A DNA stretch of 64,000 bases from Chiloscyllium plagiosum (GCF_004010195.1 NC_057711.1:76339817-76403816); one strand, 5' to 3'. Positions 13,251 through 27,772 are shown, counted from the first letter of the stretch. The notes: generated from the letters alone by a model not told the origin. A program made the numbers and translations.

Positions 13251-15144
13251 AGACCTCTGTTGAAGTCTGATGAAACTATATCACGGGAAAAGAATTATTT
13301 CAATATTTCTTTATGCCCCATCTGTGTCTCAAAAGTGCTCTGCGCAATAAGTTAATTTAAAGGAGATGAATGATGTAGGTGATTGCGATGGTACTGAGAG
13401 GCCTTTCTGCCCTTTGGAATAGTGTTGGCTTTTTGCAAGATAAACTCAACTAGTCTCACTGCTCCTCTCCTTGTAGCACTGCAAATTTTACTACTTCAGG
13501 TGCTTAACCAATTCCCTTTTGAAAGCAGTAACAATTTCCAAACAATGATGCAAGAGCAAAGCATTCAGTATTGGCAGTAACAATAGGGGATATGAAATTT
13601 GATATTTACCAAGGTTCAAAATCATTCCAAAATGACCAAGATTTATAGATCCCTTTGTGCAAGGATACATGAGAAGAATTCCTAATTAAGTTGGAAAAGT
13701 TGCATCTTGTATCAGGACAAAACTACACAGCTTAATAGTTGAGCCCAGAACCAACTCTCAAGTGTGTTTGCTAAGTTGTTTCGAATTGTTTCTGTGAAAT
13801 AATTTTTCTTTTTCCTTTAGTCAGTTATCTCAAAATGACATTAATTTCTCACTTGTATACAGTCCTGATATCCGATATTGCCCTTCAGTATCTAACTCGA
13901 CTGAGATAATGTTGATGTGTGAGGTTTGCACAGAATGTCCGGTTTCTAACCCCATAACACTATCCTGAAGTCTCCATAAATTGGAGAGTAATCTCTTATA
14001 GACTTCCTCGGGATAGAAATCAAAGTATTTTTTAAAAAAAGTTACTTTCTTTCATTTTCTTTGAACACTTGTGCTTTAATGATAATAATGATCACAATGA
14101 GGGGAAAATGGCTATTTTATGGGACAACATTCAAAATCAGCCTGGCCAACTTTCAACCCCTGACTCGAGTGAAGAAGCTAACCATATGGCCTTTACCTCA
14201 TACCTTGGCAGGAATAGACTAACCCAGCATGACTGGAAAATCAAAATTGTGTTCTTCATCTCGGGGGTTGGTTATTTGATGCTTTTACTCATTGAGCTAC
14301 CAGGCGGCCTTCAATGGGGACCATTTTAAAGTTGTTATAACTACTCCATGTGTTTATTTTAACCTTTCCCCAAGTGTACACAATTGTACCTATTTTGGAC
14401 TCTTACTACCCTAGCAGATTACTTGGCAGGTCTGAATAGGGACTATTTTGAAGAATCCCAGACTAATAAACTTGGTCTGCATATGCTGGCTGTATTGGAA
14501 CATTTCTGTTGTGGTTATTAGAGCTGATCTCAGTAGGAACAATGCTTGGACATTGAGTTGATGATTCAGTAAAAGCTCATTTGGAGCAATGAAGCCCAAT
14601 AGCGCACACATGCTGTGAGATTTTCCTTTAGGAAATTTAGTCTGTGGAACACAGGTTAAATTGCACTTGTTCCTCTTGTCAGACAGGTTTACAAACATTT
14701 GTGCAAAAAAGCAGTGACCATAATTATTTGAATAACTTCTATTCAAGTGTTTGCACTATTCAAGGCCCTTTGTCTGGGCTTTGCCATGTAATTCAAACTA
14801 CTTATAACTGACTGATCATGCAACTTAAATTCTTCCATAAATCTTGCGTTCTGCAGGTTCTGCCTTCATGAAAGTGCTTAGCTATTATTACCCCTTTTAC
14901 TTTCCTCCTCCTCCACATTCTTGTTATCTTATCTCTTCTAAATGTATTGATACCTTACTGGATATACTTCTTCTAGTACCTCATCAGATGGCCATTACTA
15001 TTGTTTGAAATGTTTGTACTATTAGGAACCAATGCTTTGACTAATGATTTTATTACTTGATCCAGGAGTGCTGGAGTCAATTAAAGTATCAATGCTGCTA
15101 CTCCAGGTGAGGTAACTAACTCAGCAAAGGATTAGCGATTGAAT

Positions 15145-15390
15145 GGGCCATCTTGTGGCACAGAGGTAGAATCCCTATTCCTGAACCAGGAGATCCAGGT
15201 TCAAGTCCAACTACTCCACAGGTCTAATAACATCTCTGAACAGTATGATTAGGAAAATAGGTTAGAGATTGGATGGGGAATCTTGCAATATAATGGTAGT
15301 GGCCACACCTCTGAGCCAGAAATGCTTGGGTTCAAGTCCCATCTGCTCCAGAGGTATGTCATAACATGTCTGACAGGTTGACTTAAATGA
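15145..15390 (+). mobile_element. Two tandem short tRNA-derived SINE units
   Basis: Each unit has an A-box-like segment, B box ggttcaagtcc and a shared taacat(c/g)tctga tail. Related pair at 31915-32135. Confidence 0.65.
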
Positions 15391-16224
15391 CCTAAAACTA
15401 GGAATGGGGCTAGAGTTTGAGATGGTAATTTAACTGTTTAAAAAAATATAGAGATTGGATATAGCATTTCCCTAGTGTAATTACTTTACTTTATATCTAG
15501 GACATGAGAAACAGTCAGCAACAAATGTTTGACATGGTACCTACTCTGTGCAGCTAGGATTGTAATGTGAACAAGGCAGTAATACTAACACAAAAGGTTG
15601 GGTTGGGGTTGGCACTTGGAGGGAATGATGTTCTTTTTTTTCTCAAAAATATTGTGCTGACTTAGTCACTTGTAGAAATCAAAATTGAACCTTTTGATGA
15701 CAGTTATACAGGGCAGTTAAGACATGTAAAGAAAAAAAAACATGCTAACGTACAGGTCAGGTGTACACCAGCATCAGACACTAACAAACATCCTATTTAC
15801 CAGCAGAGTAACAAAGGGCTATGAACCTTTTATGATTCTATCTTCTGTTTTTATTTTTATCACCTTTTTAAATAACCGCTCCTCCTGAATTATTGCTTTG
15901 CGGTTGATATATTCAATTCAGGGATTGAATGCTATTCACCTCCATGAACTTGCATCACGTTAAAAACATAGAGATGCACAAGTTGAGGTGCCAATCTTCC
16001 ATTGTATTAAGTTATGTTAATTCAGCAGGTTGTGTAGAACAGAAAGAAACTATTTGGTTCTCGACGACTGCACCTGACTTTTGAAAGAGCTATGCAATTA
16101 ATTCAACACACCTTCTCTTCCCCATCGTTAAATCTGAAATCTGTTCTGTGGTTACCAAACCTGCTTACTAATGGAAACTGTTACCAACCACATCCCACAC
16201 ACCTTGCTCACCCCTCCCTCAATC

Positions 16225-16269
16225 CCACCACTCCTCCCCCATCACCACCACTCCTCCCCCATCACCACC
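16225..16269. repeat. 20-bp tandem duplication (ccaccactcctcccccatca, about 2.2 copies)
   Basis: Directly visible. Confidence 0.85.
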
Positions 16270-17916
16270 TATGTAATCAAGATTTTTCAATATTTTGAAT
16301 ATCTCTACTAAATCTCCTCAAAACCTGGTTTGCTACAAGGAGAACAATTCATGTTTTTCCACATACCAGAAATGTGGGATTTATGTTGCCATTCCAGTTA
16401 ATCTCCTGCGCACCCTTTTTTAAATGTTGAGATGCTGATTCATACAGTTTTCTAAATTTTTATCAACTGAAGAGGGAATTCACCACTTGACTTCAACTTG
16501 AGTAATACCTCTGTCAAAAGTTTTGTTTCCTGCAGCATTCCCTGTAAAGTTAAGATTTTGTCATGTTAAAGCCTTTTTCAGTTTTGTCATACAATATCTG
16601 CCTTCAAGCCACGTGAGGAAAAACTAAAAACAAAATTTAGCATTCCAAAACTGGCTATCTGTAAACCTATTAGCAGAACAATTAGGTGTCAACATAACCT
16701 GTAACTGCAGGCCTGATCCCACAATCATTCATTGCTGGGAAACCAATACTGATTCAATGGAGTGTATTGTCTTAAAAGGCAGTACTGCTAAGTGACACTA
16801 TTTGACGGAATAGCTTTTGTCTTAAATACCAAATTCAGCAGGCTATAGACAGAGCTAAGCAATTGGTTCATTAAACTCTCCTAGTGGAGTCCATATCCAT
16901 CAATCCTCCTTTGTACATAGTGCATCAAAGTTTACCATCAACAGATGGCAAATCGTCACAGCTTCATTATTAAGAAGGGCAAGTGTCGCAGAATCATAGG
17001 AAGAATATTAAACGTAATAGGGTTGCTAAGTTACACATCATTGTAACTTGGCCATTTATTAGCGTTACACACACATCCTGAATTCCTTAGCGAGCTCCAA
17101 TAGAGAAGCACCATTGTCATAAGAAATCTCAGTGAACAAGGAAAAGAGCCACCAATGCCACCTCAGCAAATTTGCATAACCTTTTGATGCCGTTTTAATA
17201 GCGTCAAAAAAAATCTGTTATAAAAGCTGTATGATGTTTAATCAGTCTTTGTGCTTTGAATAGTTAATCTGAAAATTAAGATATAATCAGTTTGTTATTG
17301 TTCATGTCAGCCTAAAATGCAGAGTCAGCAATTAATCTAGTTAGAACACAACTGTATTTGTAGAGAGGGAATTAGTTTAGCTCAGTTGACTTGATTGTCG
17401 GTTTGCAGAGCAGTGTGATACCAACAGCATGGATTCAATCCCCCATTAAGTTTTGTACAGTGACATTTGTGGTTACTGTAATGTTTAAATTATATATTTG
17501 TTTTATTTCTTCATTTTGCACTCCTTTGAGCACAAGCATGTTGTTAATACTAATAGAAAATTTTTATGCCTCCATCAATTTCCCCCTTTAGTGGTTTAAA
17601 AAAAAATTCCATAACTCTGCTTTTTTTCCAATATTCCTTCCCTGCAGGAGCCATGTTACAACCAGTGAAATTAGGAAGAGGGCAGTGTATGGAACTCCAT
17701 ACCCTACCTCTCTTGCGCTGTGTTGTTTGATCACCTGAAATTGTGCATAGTTTTCAAATTGATAGTTTACTTTAGGCTATGTCAAAAATACCAAATTTGT
17801 TTACACCCTACTGGATGAGAATTATTATTTAAATTACTGCAGCTATAGATTTATTTGGTGTAGAAAATGTAACAGGGAATTGTTTCATTAAATTATTTTG
17901 GACAATTTTTTTTCAG

Positions 17917-18017
17917 ATCACAACTGACCTCAGGCAGCGATGTACAGATAGTCACACTGGAACATCTGCTTCGGCACCAATGGCTGCTGGGATTATTGCA
18001 CTGGCACTGGAAGCAAA
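17917..18017 (+). CDS. PCSK5: PCSK5 coding exon B (101 bp, phase 0-2), catalytic Ser
   Basis: ttttttttcag|ATC...GCA AA|gtaagc. Translates [33 protein letters not shown](N), in frame with exon A. Not shown in the ORF track. Confidence 0.97.
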
Positions 18018-19229
18018 GTAAGCTCCAGTTCATTTCAAGACCACTTCTGTTAAATGGTTCCTCTGTGAATTTAATGAAAGCTGACAAGCTCAACTGAATT
18101 AACTTAATTAGATAAATTTTAAACACCTTCATCTTAATCATTTTCACAAGAACTCTTTTGGCATGCCTAAGATATTTTCAAGCTACTATATTTATGCTGT
18201 GAGCTGTGATGAGTGGAATTGGCTGAGTACATGGATATATTTGATTTAATTGAGAGGCTACTCCACCCAAGAAAATTAGACCACTGCTGAAGATCAACGC
18301 CATAAGAGAGACAGGGTTTCACAATTATTTTAGGTTTTGCTGTTGAAGAACGCTACAAGGAACCTGATGTATGTACTAATGATTATTTTTGCTTTTGTGC
18401 ATTTACCAAGCAAGACCTGTGTAGTTATTTGTTCAACTGGGCGTCTAGCCAAACCAACAGGTAAATAGAGCCAAATTTCTCAAATAGACTCATACAGTTA
18501 GTTAATTCTCTCTTCACTAAAAGCTGCTGTATTCAAAAAGCATTGGATTTATCAAGTTTACTTCAGACTGTTTTTAAAAAAATGTTTTAATCTTATTTAA
18601 AGTGTCTTTATGAAAGAGTTTCCACATGAAGTATTGGGGTCATGGAAGAATTTGGCAGTGTGGGGCTATCTGCTGAATTGTTTAAAGCCTTTCTTTGACC
18701 TGGGTTGTCATGCACTTTGAATTGGGGGAAAAAATGCTGATTTAATCACTGCTTGAACTCTAGCTGGCACATGAGAAAAGCAAATGTGTTCTGAGATGGA
18801 CTATTGGCAGGTGAATTGTTTGTGCATGAATCCAGTACAGATTATGTAACGGTTGTAATAGCACTGTAATTTATGCAGGCATGCTTTTCTGAATCCAAAA
18901 GATCATAGTGTGACATCACCTTTCCCAGCTGAAATATGATGTTAATTTTCTCTTGTGTTTCTTGGCTAGACTTTTTTTTTAAAAGCTCCACTCTCTTCCC
19001 ACCCTACCATTTTGTTTTAAAGTTTATTTCTGAAGTTGCTTGATGAAGGGTTTATTATCCTCTGCATGCCCAATTAACCATTGCCATGCAATCTACTTCT
19101 ACTGATTTGTATTGAAAAAGTGCTTTTTCTCCTGTTTGATTTGCTCTAATAAATGCAGCAATTATCCTTCCCATTTCCAGAGGACTCTGCTATAAAGACT
19201 TTTGTTTGGAAGATCAGTTTTTCTGTTTA

Positions 19230-19935
19230 TAATCACAGAATGATAAAACAAAATTGCAGCATTACGAGGCCACTTGGACTGTCATCTCTATGCTGGCTGA
19301 TGAATAGCCATCCAATCTAATTCTACTTGCCAGCTCTGTAGCCTTGAAGGTTACAGCACATGGTGTATACTCAAATATTTGTTTAAGATTTCCAGTAGTC
19401 TTTCACGCAGAGTTCTGGTTTGCCACTGTCCTCTGGATGAAGAAATTTCTCCTCAAGTCATCTCTGAACTTAATGACTCTTCTGTTAAATCTGTGCCTCA
19501 TGGTGATCGATTCCCAAAGCATGGGGAGTAGGGCCTTCCTTGCCATTCTGTCTAGACTGTTCATAATTTTACGCACTTCAGTTAGCTCTTCTTTTGTCCT
19601 CCTCTATTCTAATGAAGAAAGCATGATCCTATAAATAATCTTTCCTTGTTAACTAAAATTCTCCAGTTCAGTTAACAGTTTTGTAAATTTTTTCTGTGCC
19701 CTCAATGTAATCATGAATTTCCTGTTGTGCATTTACATGAATTGAATGCAGTACTCCAGCTGTAGCCTGACCACTGTTTCATACAATTCCAAAATAACCT
19801 CCCAGCTTTCATATTCTGTGCCTCAATTAATAAAATCAAATATCCTGTGTACCTTTTTGACAACTTTATGTTCCTGTCCAGCACACTTTCAGGGATGTAT
19901 GGACATGTGCCCTGAAGTTCCTCTATACTTTTCAT
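19230..19935 (-). mobile_element. CR1 LINE 3' fragment, old
   Basis: Decayed cagctggagtactgcattcaattc (LEYCIQF) on the minus strand plus CR1-type 3' end. Confidence 0.7.
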
Positions 19936-20139
19936 GATCCAACCTGCCTTGTTAGCTTCCCTTCATTATGTTACCCCTCACCTTTTTTACATGCAGTTGC
20001 AAGCACTTATTTGTAATGCCATATGTTTGTTCAGCATGATTGCTTGATAGTAGTCATTTTTAATCATATTTTCATATAAAGAAATGATTTCAAACCAAAC
20101 TTATGGACTCAACAACAGTCCAGTTGTATTACCGAAGAC

Positions 20140-21095
20140 TTTTGTGCTGGGCTCACTATTGTTTGTCATTTGTATAAACGATTTGGATGAGAATATAGGA
20201 GGCATGGTTTGTTAGTTAGTGATGCCACTGAAATTGTTGGTGTAGTGGACAGCGAAGAAAGTGATCTCGTACAATGAGATTTTGAGAGGCTGGATCAGTG
20301 GGCCAAGGAGTGGCAGGTAGTGTTTACTTTAGATAAGTGAGCAGTGTTGCATTTTGGTAAGACCAATCAGGGCAGGACTTACACAGTTAAAGATAGAGCC
20401 CTAGGAGTGTTGTCAAACAGAGACCTAGGGGTACAGGTACATAGTTTGTTGAAAGTGGCATCACGGGTAGACAAGGTGGTGAAGGAAGCATTCTGCACAT
20501 TTGCCTTCATCGGTAGAACATTGAGTGTAGGAATTGGAACATTACATTACGGCTGTACAAGATATTGGTGAGACCACACTTGGAATACTGCATACAATTC
20601 TGGTTGGCTTGCTATAGGAAGAATGTTATTAAACTGGAAAGGGTACAAATGATATACAGGGATGTTACTGAGACTGGATGGTTTGAGTTAGAGAGGCTGG
20701 GATTTTTTCCTCTGAGTTGTAGGATGCTGAGGTTTATAAAATCAAAAGGGACATAGACAAGGTGAAGAGCCAAAGTCTCTCGCCTAGCGTAGGGGAATCC
20801 AAAACTAGAGGGCTTACATTTAAGGTGAGAGGGGAAAGATTTAAAAGGGACCTGGGGGCAACTTGTTCACACAGAAGGTGATACATATATTGTATAAACA
20901 GCCAGTAGAAGGGGTAGAGGTGAGTACAATTACAACATTTAAAAAGATATTGGACAAGTACAAGAATGGGGAATATTTAAAGGGATATGAGGCAAACATA
21001 GGCAAATAGGAATAGTTCAGTTTAGGAAACCTGGTCAATGTGGATGAGTTGGACGGAAGGGTCTGTTTCTGTGCTGAGACACTCACTCTCTCTAT
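20140..21095 (+). mobile_element. CR1 LINE, 5'-truncated, sense orientation
   Basis: ORFs contain LHFGKTNQGRTYTV...DLGVQVH and VRPHLEYCIQFW...LERVQ. Confidence 0.92.
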
Positions 21096-21104
21096 AAGTA
21101 GCTG

Positions 21105-21980
21105 CAGCACTAAATAAGATGATCCAATCCAGCTATACAACGCAAGCATTCACTCGGCAATTTGAAAATTGCTCAGGTATAGCCTGTCCACAAAAAAGGC
21201 AGAATAAATTTAACTTGACCTATTGCTTTCCCATCAGTCTGTCCTCAATCATCAAAGTGCTAGAAGGTGCTATCAACAGTGGCATCAAATGGGCCCTGCT
21301 CACCAGTAATTTGTTCATTGATGTTTAGGTTGGGCTCCAGCAGGACCACTCAGTTGGACACTTCATTAAAGTCTTGGTCCAAATGTGAAAGGAGGCGAAG
21401 GACGGATGCAATAGTGGGACCAAGAGGTGCAGTGTCTGCGGTGCTAAGCACTTAGTTGCAGCAGTCACATAATTACTGTGACTACAAGGGTAGAATCGAG
21501 GCTGGAAAGTTTATGACAAATAACTCTAAAGCCTGTCTAATATGGGCACATTAGAAGTTGGGAGTGTGATGGAATACTTCATAGATATCTGGATGTGTGC
21601 AGCTCCACCAAACCTTGAGGCTTAACGTCACCCAGGACAAAACAAAGCACTTAATATCTTAGAAATTCACTCTTTCCACCCTGGTCCACATTGACAGCAT
21701 TGTGTTCCACCCATAAGATGCACTGTTGCAGCTTGTTCATGTTTATTTTCGACAAAGCTATACTTCTGAACCGAGCAAGCTAATAGTTTCATCAATACGC
21801 CTTCACTCCAATTTTCCCTATAGGTCATGGACCATCTTGACAATGGAATATAATGGTGTTTCTTCTCTGTCACTGGATCACAATCCTGGAACAGATCTAA
21901 CAGCAGTGTGGGTCAATCCTACATCACCCAACCTGCAGCAATTCCAAATGGTAGCTTATCACCATCTCTCTGTGCCCCTA
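21105..21980 (+). mobile_element. Old non-LTR retrotransposon fragments
   Basis: Contains PISLSSIIKVLEG and gagtgtgatggaatac (SVMEY). Same family as 4650-6010. Confidence 0.6.
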
Positions 21981-22312
21981 AGATTAGATTAGATTAGATT
22001 AGATTCCCTACAGTGTGGAAACAGGCCCTTCGGCCCAACAAGTCCACACCGACCCGCCGAAGCGTAACCCACCCAGACCCATTCTCCTACTATTACCCCT
22101 TCACCTAACACTACGGGCAATTTGGTGTGGCCAATTCACCTGACCTGCACATTTTTGGATTGTGGGAGGAAACCGGAGCACCTGGAGGAAACCCACGCAG
22201 ACACTGGGAGAATGTGCAAACTCCACACAGAGAGTCGCCTGAGGCGGGAATTGAACCCAGGTCTCTGGCGCTGCGAGGCAGCAGTGCTAACCACTGTGCC
22301 ACCGTGCTGCCC
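21981..22312 (-). mobile_element. HE1-type V-SINE, full length
   Basis: (agatt)5 tail, V-domain and tRNA head. Confidence 0.93.
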
Positions 22313-23574
22313 ACAAAGATGAATATTTAAAACCTAAATCCCATTCACATTTCAATTCTGTACTGAATGAGCTACGTTATCTCCCAAATGATCAATGCTT
22401 TTTTGAAACCAAAATAAATTAGGTTGCTTTCTGCTTCCCATCTTTGTAACATCCTCAAGCCCATTCACCCTCCAATATGTGTAACCTCCAATTCTAGCTC
22501 CTTGGAATTCCAGGTTTTTATAACTTTTCACTGGTAGCTGTGATTTCAATTGCTTGCAGCATAAACTATGGAATTCCCTTTCTAAACCTCTCCAATGCTC
22601 TACCTCTCCTCATTTGGTCTCTTTGACTAAACCTTTGATCATTTGTACTAATGCATCCTTCTGTGTCTCAGTATCAAATTCTGTTTAATAATATCTGCAT
22701 GAAATGCTATGCAACAGTTCGTGCACCTAAAAATTGATGTTTGCAGCTTTGTTATTGTAGTAAAAATGTCCTTTTCATCAGTACTAAATATTTTTCCTTT
22801 GAATTATATTGCTAGAATCAAATGTGAGGCAGTGAAAAGGATTGCAAAGCTTATAATTCAAAATATTTTACTTTTGTCCAGCTCAAAGTTTGCTTCTTTG
22901 TTTAATATTGATGGCTAACTATTTTGTTATTGGGCTTGTCTTAAATACATTCTGTTCGTGGGAATGCAAACAATATATGTAGTCATAAATTAGATAGGCT
23001 GCAAAATTTTACAATAACCTTTGACATTTCTTAGACTGAGGCAAGGTCAGAGTAAATCGAACTTTTCTTTTTGAAAATATATTCCTTGTCATCTTGCTTC
23101 AACTTTACTTTATGGTGCTTCTTAGAGGACTTCTAATCCACCATCAGCTTTTAGTCAGCAAAATACCCCTCAGACAAGAGATTTAGTCTATTTTTTCCTT
23201 AAAATTATTAGTTGTCCAGCCAAAGAGACAGATTCTTTTGAGTTAACAGAATTCTATTTGGAATCTAATTAGTGAAAATAAATCTATCTTATACATATTC
23301 GTGATATATTAAAAAAAATAGTTATTACATTATCATGGTATTTTACTGTTTTGCTGTCTGTCTTGTGCAAGTGAAGTTGCTTGGTTCAAAGCCAATATTT
23401 CAATTTGGCAAGAGCACCTGGTTCACCATTCAAGAGAGGAATAGAATTTGTTGGCATGTGACGTATTACAATAGCACTATAGAAAGGAAAGATTCTTTAT
23501 TGCAAACCCTGGATCTCACTACAGTAATCTAAAACTTTGCAGTTTAGTAAGGTTACATTCCCCCACCCGTTAAA

Positions 23575-24970
23575 CCTTAGAATCAAATCGTACAAGCTAC
23601 TTTGACCTCCTAACACCAGGGCATGTATTGACATCATATAATATGAATGCCAGTGTATTGTATCTGCTTTTACCACCTACCCTAGCAGCATGTTCCAAGC
23701 ACTTACCACACTTTGGGTGGGAAGGGGGAACTTGCCCCTCGCATTTCCTTTTAAACTTTCCCCCATTCCTTAAATCTGTCCTGTAATACTTGCATTTCTA
23801 CCATGGGAAAAACATTCTGACTATCCATGCATCAGCTTCCATCATTCAAGTGAAAGCAAACCAAGTTTGTTCGATCTCTGCTCACAGCTAATACCCTCCA
23901 AATGAGGCAACATCCTGGTAAACCTTTTCTGTACCCTCTCCAAAGCCTCCACATTCGTTTGGTAGTGTAGCAACCGAAACTGTACACAATATTCCAAATA
24001 TAGCCTAACTAAAGTTTTGTACAGCTACAATATGACTTGACAATTTTTATGCTCTGTTCCCTGACCAATGAAGGCAAGCATGCCATAGGCGATCTAGACC
24101 ACCTTACCCACTTGGGTTGCTGCTTTCAGAGAACTGTGTTTATCTGTACATCTAGATCTCTCTATACGTTAATGCTTCTAAGGGCTCTGCCATTTACTAC
24201 ATACTTCCCTCCTGCATTAGACCTTCCAAAATCCATCATCTCATGTTTTTCTGTATTAAATTCCATCTGCCATTTCTTGAACCAATTCTCCATTCTATCT
24301 ATATCCTGCTGTATCCATTGGCAATCCTTCCCTCTACCAGTAGCTCCCCCAGTCTTTGTGCAAACCTACTAATCAGACCACCTCCATTCTCCTCCAAATC
24401 ATTTGTATTATCTTACAGACAGCAGGGATCCTAGCATTGATCCCAGTGGAACACCACTAGTCACAAATCTTCAGGGAGCAAAACCACCTTCCATGCTACT
24501 CTGTTTCCTATGACCAAACCAGTTCTTTTTTTCCATCTTTCCAGATCACTCTGGATGCCATGTGGGGCCTTCATCTTCTGAATCAGCCTGCCATGAAGGA
24601 CCTTCACAAAGATCTTGCTTAAGTTGATGTAGTGAAAATCCACCACCCTGCCCTCAACAATCATCTTTGTCACTACCTCACAAAACTCTATCAAGTTTGA
24701 GACATCATTTCCTTCTCCTAAAACCAGGCTGTCTGTTGCTAATGCGTACATATTTTTCCAAATGTGAGTAAACCCTGTCCATAAAAATCTTCTCCAGTAA
24801 TTTCCCGACCAGTGATAAAAGGCTGACTGGCCTATAATTTCCAGATTATCCCTATTGCCCTTCTTGAGCATTGCCTATTCTCCACTCCTCTGGGACCTCT
24901 CCTTGACTAAAGAGGATACAAAGATTTCATAGAATGCCCAAGCAATTTTCTCCCTCGCTTTCCTCAGTAT
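23575..24970 (-). mobile_element. CR1 LINE fragment
   Basis: Minus ORF LKKGNRDN...SNLIEFCEVVTKMIVEGRVVDFHYINLSKIF is the decayed CR1 RT N-terminal part. Confidence 0.88.
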
Positions 24971-27029
24971 CTATGCTCTTATCCTTCTAGATAAAAGTCG
25001 TCATGGATTTAGAGGGTGCTATCTAAGGAACATTGAATTTTTGCAGTGTGTTTGTAAATAATATGTTGCTCCTACTGAACATCAATGTTGGAAGGAATGA
25101 ATGTTTTTGGAAGTGGTGCCAACCAAGCCTAGATGGTCAAATGTAGAAACATGGAAAATAGGAGCAGGCCATGTAAGTCAATTGCCTCTTGAGCTTGCTG
25201 TGCCATTCAATATGGTAATGGCTAATCATTGTTGGAATAACATTTGTGAAGATATGAAACAAAAATTATAGTGCAAGGACTAGGGGACTTGCTTGATTTA
25301 TTATGTGTGATGCACTTGCATGTTATACAGTGTAAGATAAAGATCAGATGTCAGTGCTTTGCACTTGCAATTCATTTGTATATTTGCACTCATCTACAAA
25401 GTTTTGCATTTGTACTCTCTCTAGCTCAGTTTTCAATGTGAAGGGTCTTATTTGCCTTTTTAAACAGGCTCATTTTTTTCCCCTGACATCATCAAAAAAT
25501 TTTGTGTGAGAACAACAGTGTAATCTCTTGCTTCATTCTTTGTCAGGTTGTTGTGGACTGTCCATTATCAATTATTAGGTAGCTTTAGAATAATAATTAG
25601 ATGATAAAACATGGATTCTCTGGCAACCCTGAGGAGGGAATGGTATTTATTCCAAGTTTAGTGCCCTCCCATGTTAATTATTGTACATTGGGGCACAATC
25701 AAAAGAATAAGAGTATACCTTTCCAGTTTCTTGAGCCTGTTGGTGTAATCAACAGTTAGAGATCTTACAAATGAATTTAATGAAGTGCAACAGTGGAGAC
25801 CAGTGACTTGGGATATGTCTATATATTGCTGACTCCATAATTATTTTTGTATTTGGCCTTTCTAGTGTTTTGTTCTTGGGCAAATTGTTTACTTAGCTCA
25901 TGTGCACATTATTTTGTGAAAATTGCTCTCCTCATCCAGATGGTAAAATTGTGAACTCATTTCAGTTATCTAAAATTTAGCTAATAGGATGAGATTAGTC
26001 ATGTACAGGTTCCCCTAATACATGATTCTGCTCAGAGGGCAGCATTTACAGAACCAACAGATGTATAAATGTATTGTGAGGAGCTAGTGTCTTTTTATAT
26101 AAGACTCTAGCAATGACAAGATTGGTGAAGAGCTTGATGCTGTGACATTTTCACAGGATGCGCTCATGCAGAACATGACCTTTTTTTATTCTGACTGTGT
26201 CCTAGGAAACTGTTTTCCTCCTAGGGGCTGTATTTGACCATTCAGTGCTAACTCTTGGTGTTGTAAACTGTTTCAATGCAGCTGTTCACATCTAAATACA
26301 GCTGGAAACACACAAGACCCCTATCTAACATGATTTTGTTTAAAAAGGACTTGTTTGTTTACATGAATTCAGCATGTCCACTGGTGTTTCTTAGCAACCA
26401 GAACTGCAACTTCCTATTACAGCCACTAGGAAGAATAACAAAGATAGAGAGAAGCAAGTGAAAGTGAATTAATGATTTGAAAGATTTTAAACCAATGTGT
26501 TTCAACTCCATAGTAGTCTGATCCAGTTAAATGTTTAATAATTGTAATTCACTTTTTAATACAGCCCGTGAAAGACTTGCATTCCAACAATTTCATTCCC
26601 ATTGTTGTACTTTGAAATGCATTCCTTGTGCATTTCAAATCCATTGTTTCCCTTTATATGTGCAGATCATCAAATAATAATAGGAAATGAGCCCCAGTCC
26701 AGCCTATTCCAGCAGTTTGCTTTACACCCACCCATTTTATTTAAGAAAGAAAAGTATATGCATGTACTCTATTAAATGAAAAATATTGGGAGAACTTATT
26801 GATGTATGGATTTCTTTTACTAGTATGAAACACTGAATCAAATCAGCTTGAGACTGTGGTTGTCTGGCTCATTTGATATCCAATACTAAACATAACAAGG
26901 TTCCTTCTAGACTTACGTATTTCAGTTAAAAATAAATATTTGTCCTCTTTGACTTTACTTTATTTAAAATACATGTTATAATATGTGTTTTAGTAATCTG
27001 AATTGGAAAATAAAACATGGATTAGTTTG

Positions 27030-27772
27030 GATTAGATTAGATTCCCTACAGTGTGGAAACAGGCCCTTCGGCCCAACCAGTCCACACTGACCCTCCCAAG
27101 AGTAATCCACCCAGACCTGTTTCCCTCTGTCTAATGCACCTAGCACTATGGGCAATTTAGCATGGCCGATTCACCTAACCTGCACATCTTTGGACTGTGG
27201 GAGGAAACCGGAGCACCTGGAGGAAACCCACACAGACATTCGCCTGAGACTGGAACCGAACCTGGGACCCTGCTACTATGAGGCAGCAGTTCTAACCACT
27301 GAGCCGGTCCTTTTTAAGGGAATCTCTACAGTGTGGAAAGAGGCCCTTCAGCCCAACAAGACCACACTGACCCTCGGAAGAGTAACCCACCCAGATCCAT
27401 TCCCCTAGATTTACCACTGACTAATGCACCTAACCTACACATTCCTGAACACTATGGGCAATTTAGCATGGCCAATTCACCTAACCTGCCCATCTTTGGA
27501 TTGTGGGAGGAAACCCACGCAGACACGGTCAGGTGAATTGGCCATACTAAATTTCCCGTAGTGTTAGGTAAGGGGTAAATATAGGGGTATGGGTGGGTTA
27601 CGCTTCGGCGGGTCGGTGTGGACTTGTTGGGCCGAAGGGCCTGTTTCCACACTGTAATGTAACCTAATCTAATGTGCAAACTCCACACGGACAGTTGCCT
27701 GAGGATGGAATCAAACCCAGGTCCCTGGCGTTGAGGCAGCAGTGCTAACCACTGAGTCACCGTGCCACCCCC
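27030..27772 (-). mobile_element. V-SINE cluster: two minus copies, the second interrupted by a plus-strand 5'-truncated copy (27528-27670)
   Basis: Copy 1 at about 27030-27305 and copy 2 at about 27325-27772. The insert sits between acccacgcagacacg and aatgtgcaaactccac. Confidence 0.9.
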
